64,000 bases of DNA. Source: Eledone cirrhosa. Its lineage: Eukaryota. The translations under genes and the position numbers were made by a program. Under the pieces are notes generated by a model. The model was not told where the DNA came from. It ran no database searches and saw nothing but the letters and a program-made list of their open reading frames with translations. Shown in pieces: positions 52,901-64,000 of this stretch (positions are counted from its first letter, which is position 1; each line of letters starts with the position of its first letter). The DNA lies in contig OZ024741.1 of assembly GCA_964016885.1 (NCBI GenBank), positions 154,752,001-154,816,000 of the forward strand, in the 5' to 3' direction.

Positions 52901-55079
52901 TTCTACATTGAATGTCTCTTTGTCTTATAATATTATTTACACTCTACTTTCTTTAGTACAAGTACTATATAGAATAGCATCTTTAAATAATTTGTATAAT
53001 TGTATAATTTCTTTAGAATTGAATAATTTCTTTTACATAATTTTTACTTTAGTAGATATTAAGCTTATTCAAACGAAATAACAGAATAAGTTTAAAGTAT
53101 ATAAATAAAAACTAAAAATATAAAAATCCGATCCAGTAGATTATTTCCAAATCTTTGGTTTTTCATTCTCCAATGTGTGAATTTAACGAAACTCCTGTCA
53201 TTCGTGATTAAATTTTAAATTTCAAATGTCGAGTTTGATCTATTTTACCATAGGAAATTATTTCTTATTCTTTTCTTTCTTTATTTTATTTTTATGGCAG
53301 TTTTGTTGTGTTTTTATGTATTTATCGATTTATTTATGTTTTTATTGATTTATTTATGTATTGTCTGGGATTTATTGAAATATTCATCGTCATCATCCTT
53401 ATTATCTTCATCATTGTTGTCATTGTCATCATCATCATCACCATTAACACCACAGTCACTACCACCACTATCATTTTACATTCAATTCTTAGGTTTATCA
53501 TCGTTGTCATCATCATAATTTTACATCCATTTTTCCATGCTTCCATGGGTTGGATAGATATCCTGCACAGCCTCCGTCTACTTATTTCATTCCTTCATCA
53601 TCTCTTCTGTGAGGTTCAGTCTTTTGAGATCAACTCTCACTATGTCTGCTTCTTTCCACTTGGAATTTTTGGTACTTCCTCACTCAACAATCATCATCAG
53701 TATATATCATGTTTAATAGAGTGTAGCATCTTTCTACATTTGATTCCTTTTATACCCAGTTACACATCCATGATTTATTTATGATAGTTCTCCAAAGAAG
53801 GGCAAGGAATCGGTAACATAACACATCCATCATTTGTTTATTATAGTTCTCCAGGTAAGGGCAGGGTTTTGGTGGAATTGTTAAAATGCCAGACAAAAGG
53901 CTTCATGGTATTTGTCCCAGCACTTTATATTCTGAGTTCAAATTCTGTTGACATCAACATTGCCTTTCATCTTTCTGGTGGTGGTGGTGGGGGAATTGAT
54001 AAAATAAAGTACCAGTTAAATACTGGGGTCAATATAATTGACTGCACCCCTCCCTTAAAATTATTGGTCCTGTGATTATGGTCTTCCAGACCATAATAGC
54101 AGAGTTTAAGATTGTCTGTCCATGAAAATTCCAGTATGCTGATGACCTACATCTCAGAGCAAAATGAATGTATTGTAGCTATCCTGGTGTTGCCTAACAA
54201 GCCCTTTGAAGTTGCTGGCTGAGATAATGAAATTACGGTCATTTTTTATTGAGCTGGTCAGTGAGAGGTTCACATAGAAATGATATATGTGTGTATGTGG
54301 ATGGACAAGTGTATGTGTCTGTGTGGAAGGGACTTCCATTCGTTTTGATGGTTATTGATCCAGTTGTGTAATCAGTGGAACAGCTTGCTCATAAAATTAA
54401 AATGTAAGTGACTGAGCATTCCATTGGCACGTGTGATGAAACTGACACTTTGAATTACAGATACACTCCATCTGACACATTTCCAAACAGTTTCCATCAA
54501 TCTAGTATCACTCACAATGCATGGGTCAACACAAGACTATTTTAAATGACACTTACCTGAGATTCCCCATGGTGGAATTGAATCCTGGACCAAATGATTG
54601 TGAAACAAACTTCAAAAATATAAATTCAGCGAGAATCGTATTTCGGCGGGTAGAAAAAGCGAAACGAAACGCAAAAGCGTAGATATGCTGGCAAGCACTC
54701 CAATAGTTAAAAAACTAGAGCTAAACAATATGTTAAAACGCCATACAAACTGAAAAAGTGGTCAAGAAGGCATTAACCACCTAAGCCAAAAAACAAATCA
54801 AGCTAAACAGGTCAAACAAAATAAATGATAAAAACAGACCTGGACCCAAATGGAATTGATGGTAAAATCCAAATGCAGGGTTTCTATGACACCTAAATCA
54901 ATAATACTGTCTGCTTAAAACTATAAGCTTTTAGCACAATGATCGAACAAGGAATATCACGTTATCAACAGGTATTTTGCTCTGCACCAACTTTGTGAAT
55001 GACGTAGAACTTTGTAAAAGCATGAATGAATTCAGTATGTGTATATCATGCAAAAAATTGTATAGATAGCACAAATCGA

Positions 55080-55130
<51 letters not shown>

Positions 55131-55290
55131 TATATATATGTATATATATATGTGCGCGGGGTGCCGGCATCGGACGCACTTCCCCTTCAATCCGTCACCG
55201 CGACCCGTTTCAGTCAGGCTGGATGGCGCGTGGTGTCCGCAGGTCGCAGAGTGGCGTCATAGTTCCTTCGTCACACACTCTGAAATCCCC

Positions 55291-55335
55291 AGTCACTGAA
55301 GAGGTCACAGAGTGTGTGACGAAGGAACTATGACT
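55291..55335 (+). ncRNA. Hammerhead-like motif in a short fold-back element (~55152-55480) within (TA)n
   Basis: agtca-CTGAAGA-g-gtcac(agagtgt)gtgac-GAAG-gaac-TA-tgact; GAAA changed to GAAG; 27-bp perfect inverted copy at 55256-55282. Confidence 0.55.
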
Positions 55336-55588
55336 ATATATAAACAACTATCTGGTTGTGGAACCAACCAACCAACCAGAAATTTATAAATTTGTAAATT
55401 TATAAATATATAATAAACCGAAGTGAAAGCAACTGCTGCGTGTGTTTCTTATTGGCAACATGACCCTTCCAAAGTATAACAATATATATATATATGTATA
55501 TTTATATATATATATATGTATGTTTATATATATGTATGTTTATATATATATATATGTTTATATGTGTATGTTTATATATATATATATT

Positions 55589-55624
<36 letters not shown>

Positions 55625-55670
55625 TATATATATATATATTTATATATATATATTTATATATATATATATT

Positions 55671-55701
<31 letters not shown>

Positions 55702-55716
55702 ATTTATATATATATT

Positions 55717-55747
<31 letters not shown>

Positions 55748-56650
55748 ATATTTATATATATGTATATTTATATATATATATATTTATATATATAAGAGAG
55801 TATTGAAGTTTGCTTGAAGCATTGTGGAACAATAAGTAAATATCTTTAAGTCGTTTGGAAGCCTCGACAATACAAATGGGTAAATCTCCGGGTAACAAGG
55901 TCCGGTGGTGGAGAGAGAGATGTAAGTGGGTGTACGTTGAGATGCGCGGTGTGTATAAGATGTGTGAGATGTGTAGAATGAAGGGAAGAGTATAAAGGAT
56001 AAAAATAAAAATAATAACACAAGAGAGAGAGTTACCTTGGGAGAGATTTAATAGTCCCTATATATTTCGGATTCACATCCATCAACTGGGGTTTTTTTCC
56101 GGGGTGGGGGAAAAGGTATATTTATATATATATGTATATTTATATATATATATATATGTATATTTATATATATATATGTATATTTATATATATGTATATT
56201 TATATATATGTATATATATATGTATATTTATATATATGTATATTTATATATATGTATATATATATATGTATATTTATATATATGTATATATATATATGTA
56301 TATTTATATATATGTATATATATATATATATGTATATTTATATATATGTATATTTATATATATGTATATATATATGTATATTTATATATATGTATATTTA
56401 TATATATTTATATATATATATGTATATTTATATATATGTATATATATATATATATATATGTATATTTATATATATGTATATATATATATGTATATTATAT
56501 ATATGTATATATATATATGTATATTTATGTATATATATATATATGTATATTTATATATATATATTTATATATATATATGTATATTTATATATATATATGT
56601 ATATATATATATATGTATATGTATATATATATGTATATTTATATATATAT

Positions 56651-56682
<32 letters not shown>

Positions 56683-56934
56683 GTATATTTATATATATAT
56701 ATATGTATATTTATATATATATATATATGTATATTTTTATATATATATATGTATATTTATATATACATATATGTATATTTATATATACATATATGTATAT
56801 TTATATATATATATGTATATTTATATATATATATATACATGTATATTTATATATATATACATGTATATTTATATATATGTATATTTATATATATATTTAT
56901 ATATATATATGTATATTTATATGTAATATATATT

Positions 56935-56965
<31 letters not shown>

Positions 56966-57167
56966 TACTAATATATACTTCGTAAATTAATTTGGTTAAC
57001 CTAAAAATTTAATTTAATTGGCTTAAAATTAAAATCCTAATACAGATGGATTGCAGAGTGTCATGTAATCATAGACTGAGATAGGTTTTGGATGTATACC
57101 TAATTAATATATTCTTTGCAATTTTTGAAAAAATATGTATATATATATGTATGTGTATGTATATGTG

Positions 57168-57216
<49 letters not shown>

Positions 57217-57942
57217 GTGTATATATATATATGTGTATATATTAATTTTAATTTCTGTTTACCTATAATTATATTCTACTATAGATAAAATACAATATCT
57301 GTTTTAATTATTATTAACCTAATTAACATATACTATAGAAATTAATATATAATTTTTAATTTAGTTAACCTATAATTTATATTCTACTACCGATGTAATA
57401 CTTTATTTGGTTTTTTTCCCTATTACTAAATTAACTTCCTAATATTGATACCATAACGTTAATAATTTTAATTTAGTTATACTATAATTAATACTCTACT
57501 ACTATTTAACTTCAAAATTCCGCTTCAAATATTATAAACCTAAGTAGTATACACCTTAGAAATCAATATATTAACTATCTTTAATTTAGTTAACCTATAA
57601 TTAATAGTCTACTTATATTAAAATGCATAATTTTGCCTTCTTTCTTACATTTCCTAATACTGAAACTACTATGTAAACACATATTAAAATGCATAATTTT
57701 GCCTTCTTTCTTACATTTCCTAATACTGAAACTACTATGTAAACACATATTATGATCTAAATGCAGATTAATATTCTATGTTTCTTGAAACCTATATTTA
57801 CTATAATCCCCCCCTCCCCCCCTATTATTATTTGTATTTGGAAGCGTGGATGTATGTATGTATATGTAGGTAGGTATGTATGTTTGGGTGTTTGTATGTG
57901 AGTAAAAATACATATGTGCGCATGTAAATAAGGGTATATGAT

Positions 57943-57979
<37 letters not shown>

Positions 57980-58131
57980 ATATGTGTATATATGTATATA
58001 TATGTATATATATATATGTATCTATGTATTTATGTGGGTATATGTGTGTATGTATATGTATGCGCATATATATGTCTATGTGTATATGTGTGTATATGTA
58101 TATATGTACGTATGTGCGCATGTATATGTGA

Positions 58132-58166
<35 letters not shown>

Positions 58167-58170
<4 letters not shown>

Positions 58171-58463
58171 ATATTGAATGAATGGAGGCTGTATTTGTAG
58201 GGCCATATTTGTTTCATTATATATGTTTCAGGGATGTCATATTGACGATGTGTTGTGCCTTCTTCAGACAAAATACAATATAGACAGTTTTATAAATAAA
58301 TAGATTTGACATACCGTTCAACATCGACTTGTATTTGAAAAGTTGATTTGGCAGTATTTTGTCTGAGGAGGGCATAACATATTGTTAGTGTGATGTCCCT
58401 GAGGTGTGTATGATGAGATAGATGTGGTTTTGTAGATGTAGTTTCCATTTATTTAGTATCGTA
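58167..58463 (+). repeat. 110-bp inverted repeat (58167-58276 / 58354-58463) of a hammerhead-bearing PLE terminus; all arm differences are G-U type
   Basis: Ungapped manual alignment gives 34 differences, 17 T:G and 17 G:T; minus strand of arm 1 reads tattttgt-CTGAAGA-agg...ccct-GAAA-catata-TA-atgaaac. Confidence 0.92.
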
Positions 58464-58938
58464 AATATACTCCAAATACTTGTTGAGTGCTTTTATATCA
58501 GTTATAAATATTTACTAGTTGTAACCCAACAATTTAAATATAACTTTCCATCATCATCATCATCATCAACGTTTAACGTCCGTGTTCCACGCTTGCATGG
58601 GTTTGGACGGGGGTAGTCCCACTTGAGGCAAGAGTGATTGTCTTGCTCGCATAGGACTGTCTGGCAGGTTTTCTACAGTTGGATGCCCTTCCTAACACCA
58701 ACCACATTTACAGTGTGGGTCTGGGAGGTTTTTACCGTGTTGCCTACACGGCCACATTACAGCGTGGACTGTGTGTTTTTTTGTCGTGACACCTACACGA
58801 TCTCATTTGTTTCGGCCTCGATGGCGCGGCACCAACATAACTTTACATAGAACGGGGTGGTGTGGATGGGGTGGGGGTGGTGGTGGTGGGACGGGGTGTA
58901 TTTTGTTAGAGATGCCTACTGGCTGGAGTAGGTTTTAC

Positions 58939-58969
<31 letters not shown>

Positions 58970-59017
58970 AGTTGATGTGTGTATGTGTATATATATATAT
59001 GTATGTATATGTATGTA

Positions 59018-59051
<34 letters not shown>

Positions 59052-59158
59052 TATATATGTGTATATGTATGTGTGTGCATATTTGTCTGACTGTGTGTAT
59101 TAATTTATTTATTTATTTATTTATTTTATTTCTTTATTTTTTTATATATATATATGTA

Positions 59159-59233
<75 letters not shown>

Positions 59234-59555
59234 ATATATATGTGTGTGTATATATATGTATGTGTATATGTATGTGTATGTATATGTGTGTGTATGTGTG
59301 TATATATTTATATATGTATATGTATCTCTATTTATGTGTGTATATATGTGTATGTATATCCCTTTATTTATGTATGTCTGAGTTGTGTGAGCGTGTGGTT
59401 GTGTTTGTATGTGTATACGCATACATGGATGTGTATGTATGTGTATATATGCGTATATGTATGTGTGTATGTGTGTGTGTGTATATATGTATGTCTATGT
59501 ATGAGTATGTATGTGTATGTATGTGTATATATGTATGTGTGTATATATATGTATG

Positions 59556-59600
<45 letters not shown>

Positions 59601-59609
59601 TATATTATA

Positions 59610-59640
<31 letters not shown>

Positions 59641-59728
59641 CTTTGTATGTGTGTATGTGTATATGTGTGTATGTATGTGTGTCTATGTATATATATATAC
59701 ATATATATGTATATATATATATATGTGT

Positions 59729-59759
<31 letters not shown>

Positions 59760-59831
59760 TAGGTATGTATGTGTATGTGTGTATATACATGAGTGTGTTT
59801 ATATATGTGTATGGGTATATGTATATATATA

Positions 59832-59884
<53 letters not shown>

Positions 59885-59904
59885 TGTGTATGTATATATA
59901 TATA

Positions 59905-59955
<51 letters not shown>

Positions 59956-60141
59956 ATATATGTATATGTCTATGTATTTATATGTGTATATGTATGTGTC
60001 TCTATATGTATGCGTGTGTGTATGTGTATATGTATTTATATGGTGTGTGTATGTATATGTATGTATATATATATATAAGTGTATGTATATATATATATGT
60101 ATATGTATGTATATCGATGTATATTTTATATTTTACTTGTT

Positions 60142-60211
<70 letters not shown>

Positions 60212-60805
60212 CTTAATATTTTTCTTTTTTCTTTTTCTTTTTATTTCTAAATTTATAGATACATTTATAAATAGGCAGTTTTGCTGACACCAGTGAATAC
60301 TGACCTCTTCCCCCCCCACCTACTTTCTGTATCTGGATCTAAATATGTGTGGCAGTGTTTATGTGCGCGCATTAATGTCCATATGCTTATGATAATGGTA
60401 TATACACATATATGTGTGTGGGGGTGTGTGTGTGTATGTATGTTCGTGGTTGTGTGTATGTTTATGCGTATACGCGCGTGTGTGTGTGAATGTATCTATA
60501 TGTGTGAGTATATGAATGTGTATATATTTATTTTTATATTTATATGTTTATATGCGTATACGTATTTTATCTGTAGATTATAAACATACAGACACATTAG
60601 CCCTGAATTTTTGTATTTACATACATCTTTTCGGCATGCGTATGCATGTGAACATATATATTTTTATGCATATCTGTGAACGAAGTTACTTACATATATA
60701 CATACACCTAACTGTATAAACTTTTTGTGTTTTCATTGGTCAATTTGAACTCTGTTCCCAAACAGACCTGTAATTTTGAATTGTTGTTATTATCAATAAA
60801 TATAT

Positions 60806-60957
60806 TTCATTATTTCTGAAGACGGCATATATATGTGTTGGTATGTATATTTAATTTTGATAGTTTGTATAATTTTGTATAATTTTGTACATAGATCTGT
60901 TGAATATGCATGCCAATTCTAACATATATATCCTAGAAACGATCGTTAAATAATGAA
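60806..60957 (+). ncRNA. Type-I hammerhead ribozyme with ~110-nt extended stem II
   Basis: ttcattattt-CTGAAGA-...-GAAA-cgatcg-TT-aaataatgaa; perfect 10-bp stem I, palindromic stem III. Confidence 0.72.
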
Positions 60958-61335
60958 CTTTTTTTGTTTAATATAAGGAACTGTTTCATTGTTTTATTCA
61001 TTATTTTTTTAATATTTTATATTTATATATATATATTTATATATATATATATTAATATATATATATATGTATATTTATATATATATATATATGTATATTT
61101 ATATATATATATATATGTATATTTATATATATATATATATGTATATTTATATATATATATATTTATATATATATATATGTATATTTATATATATATATAT
61201 GTATATTTATATATATATATGTATATTTATATACATATATATGTATATTTATATATATATATGTATATTTATATATATATATATATATGTATATTTATAT
61301 ATATATATATATGTATATTTATATATATATATGTA

Positions 61336-61426
<91 letters not shown>

Positions 61427-61459
61427 TTATATATATGTATATTTATATATATGTATATT

Positions 61460-61528
<69 letters not shown>

Positions 61529-62162
61529 TATGAATAAAGAGTTCAAAACTCAGGCTGTCGTTTACAATGAAATAGCTCGAAGAAAGAAGTATTTCTGAGC
61601 CGTGTAATACAAGATAATATAAATTAATATATATGATAAACACTTTATTCATAGTATCACTGCTCCTTATGTTGAGCTAACTTTAGCCCCATATAAACGG
61701 CTGTTATTTCTAGCAGCACGAGTATGCGGCAGCTAGAAATTGAAAAACCATGTGCGTTAATCAGTCTTTTTAAATATTTTGAAGTGAAACATACCAATTT
61801 TTCAGGGTACTTACTGAGGAGATCTGATTGTGGTATTTTTTCACCTTTTTCACTTTTTCATTTATCGAAACATATTTGGATTTTAAAGTTTAAACTTATC
61901 TACGGAACAGGTTTGATTTTGAAATTTAAATTTGTCAATATGGTTTGTTTTTATTGATTTATTATTTTAAATCGAGATAGGCAAACTGTATTATTATAAT
62001 TAGTATTTTTCAATCTAGCTAACTTAGTCATTTACAATACAAACACTGATATGTTGGTATCTGTGTTTATCATATATATTAATTTATATTATCTTGTATT
62101 ATATATATATATATATGAAGAAGAAGTTTATGAAACGGAAATGCGGGTATAAAGAATTTACT

Positions 62163-62261
62163 AGGTAACAATTGTTTCTATACCTCGCTATTTGTATAAT
62201 ATAAAAATATTATCTTAAATCGTAGGTACACTGTAAGAGAACACACCATGTTGTCAGACCT
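62163..62261 (-). ncRNA. Degenerate hammerhead in the 3' pLTR of the adjacent PLE
   Basis: Reverse complement aggt-CTGACAA-...-GAAA-caattg-TT-acct; G8 changed to A and stem II poorly defined. Confidence 0.45.
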
Positions 62262-62733
62262 TTATGGTAGAATGATAGGAGAATATTTTATACACTATAT
62301 TTGTGAGAAAGTAGGAGGTAGGAAGGGAAGAGGAAGAGGGAAGCGAATAAGGGGGAGGTAGTCTTAGGATTCAAGACTGTCAGAGTAGTAGAGATTGTAT
62401 AGAAGAAAATGTTTTGGCAGCAGTTAGCTAAATGAGACGTGACAGGGTTGGCGGGGGAAGTAGATTCTTCTAGTGGTGTTGTTTGGACAAAATTTAGTTA
62501 AAGGGGTCAATGTAGTACAGAATTATAGACAAGTTATTGGGGCTATCATAGTAGCAGGATATTTATAAAGGGGTCTAAAAAACAGTGTTTAGTGCTATTA
62601 TTATAAAAAGCGATATCGTTTGTATAAACATATAAAAATATGAAATAAAAATAATAAAAATTTGCAAATGGTGGTGTAAAAAGATAACATTACATACATT
62701 TAAAAACAGAAGAAGTCGTTTTTAAACGATGGT

Positions 62734-63990
62734 TTAAAGTGAACGTTCAATTTTGCTGTTCAAAAGTTTGTTTTCCGACGTTAAAATGCAGTATATCTCC
62801 ATATTGCATAATTTACAAAATCGGTGATTTTGCTTATATGCTGGCGCAAATGAAATAATTTGCCAATCAAGGGAGAATGCTTGATTGTTCTTCCGAAGCT
62901 GCCAGGCTTTATCGGCGAGGGTTGTTACGGAGCGCATTTTCTCATGCTTGATCGAAGATCGATGTTGGTATAGACGAGCTTTGAAAGATGTTGCGGTACA
63001 TACGACGTAATACCATTTGTTGGTTCCGGAATTTATTGTACATCGGTAGACAATATTGCGTGTTAGGCATTGGTTATTCAATGGGCACGAACCTGGTTTA
63101 GTGCAGTTACAGTTATTTTTATGTTTTGCAGTAGTATCCTGGATAGTTTGGTGGGGTTGTAGCTGCGTGTTAGTGCGTTGTATGTCGCTATGCTGGTGCG
63201 CTGTGACATTAGGGATGTACTTATTTAGTATTGTTGAGTTGAGTTTTTTAATTAGTTGTTCTATGTTAGGTGCAGTGGAGTATGAGAGTCTAATGGTGCG
63301 CGAGTTTAAGATTTTATAGTATTTATGTGAATTTGTAAAGTGTTTATTGATCAGTGTATAGAATTGTGAGATAATCTTAGTGCTAATAGAAATATTGTAC
63401 ACGAGGTTATACCATATGTACTCTCTAAGTCTAACTCTATTTGTTGGTTTGCACCTATTATTATGCCTATTAATGTGTCTGTGTGGTGCAATACTAGTTC
63501 GACTTAGATGTGATTTATTCATAGTACCTATGTGGTTATCTTCTAGATATTCTATTTTCTCGCAGTAACCAGCTTTTCTAAGTGCGTCGTTATAATACTC
63601 AGCATGCTCGTTGAAGGTCTGCAAATTAGACGATAGTCGGGAGATCCTTATGGATATATTTTTAGGGATAGATTTAATAATGGAATGGGGATGGTTCGAT
63701 CTTACATTAACGTATTTGAGATTTTTGTTAAGTTTGTGAAATGGCTTTATATTACCGTTATTAAGGTTGAAGGTGACATCCAAGAAATTGACCACTTTAA
63801 GATTGTGTTCGAAGGTAATACTAAGTCCTAGTTCTAAGAAAAGTTTCCTAATGTTTTTACGTCGCCTTTCTAGGTTTTGTTTGTTCATATTTTTTACTAA
63901 TAGGAGTGCATCATCACGGTAGATTCCGCCGTGGAGGTCAATAAATTCGCTCTGGAGTCTGTGAGCTATATAGATTCCAACCAAATCCAT
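62734..63990 (-). CDS. PLE RT C-terminal half plus GIY-YIG endonuclease (frame probably runs past the window edge)
   Basis: GGIYRDD, VNFLDVTFNL, SNHP, YYNDALRKAGY, CNCTKPGSCPLNNQC, IVYRC...YYVVCT..FKARLYQH, CKLC..E, LLNS. Confidence 0.92.
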   Translation of the reverse strand: MDLVGIYIAHRLQSEFIDLHGGIYRDDALLLVKNMNKQNLERRRKNIRKLFLELGLSITFEHNLKVVNFLDVTFNLNNGNIKPFHKLNKNLKYVNVRSNHPHSIIKSIPKNISIRISRLSSNLQTFNEHAEYYNDALRKAGYCEKIEYLEDNHIGTMNKSHLSRTSIAPHRHINRHNNRCKPTNRVRLREYIWYNLVYNISISTKIISQFYTLINKHFTNSHKYYKILNSRTIRLSYSTAPNIEQLIKKLNSTILNKYIPNVTAHQHSDIQRTNTQLQPHQTIQDTTAKHKNNCNCTKPGSCPLNNQCLTRNIVYRCTINSGTNKWYYVVCTATSFKARLYQHRSSIKHEKMRSVTTLADKAWQLRKNNQAFSLDWQIISFAPAYKQNHRFCKLCNMEIYCILTSENKLLNSKIERSL

Positions 63991-64000
63991 AACTTCCGCC

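Larger units (their letters stand above)
55482..61527. repeat. Large (TA)n/(TATG)/(TATT)/(TG)n microsatellite fields interleaved with short unique or PLE-derived segments
   Basis: Tracts at 55482-55793, 56117-56975, 57945-58166, 58939-60208 and 61015-61527; source of all IY/YI ORFs. Confidence 0.95.

Noticed and set aside
57616-57750. 66-bp tandem duplication (similar short duplications at 14215-14310 and 9540-9790)
   Set aside because: Simple local duplications with no further structure
55442-61652. Long IY/YI/CV-rich ORFs (up to 423 aa)
   Set aside because: Translations of (TA)n/(TG)n microsatellites; no coding signal

Overview
AT-rich, repeat-saturated eukaryotic (animal) genomic DNA; the SINE/LINE/microsatellite mix suggests a cephalopod such as an octopus (inference, not proven). 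No host protein-coding gene or prokaryotic feature can be supported, and most listed ORFs are (TA)n/(CA)n/triplet-repeat artefacts or antisense shadows of LINE ORFs. The window contains: (i) more than 10 copies or fragments of an RTE-type LINE whose reverse transcriptase carries an internal C4HC3 PHD-type finger; (ii) relics of BovB-like, R4/Dong-like and Tx1-like LINEs; (iii) at least four Penelope-like elements (PLEs) with C-terminal GIY-YIG endonuclease, plus many PLE-derived fold-back mini-elements in (TA)n tracts, carrying about a dozen hammerhead-ribozyme motifs; (iv) non-autonomous Helitrons, TTAA-ended MITEs and tRNA-derived SINEs; (v) a 2.3 kb GTT/GGT minisatellite. The most striking signal is a 110-bp inverted repeat (58167-58463) whose arms differ at 34 positions by manual count. 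All 34 are G-U-type, with no indels and an ADAR-like neighbour bias, so it looks like a genomic fossil of an A-to-I hyper-edited hairpin RNA that was reverse-transcribed back into the genome.
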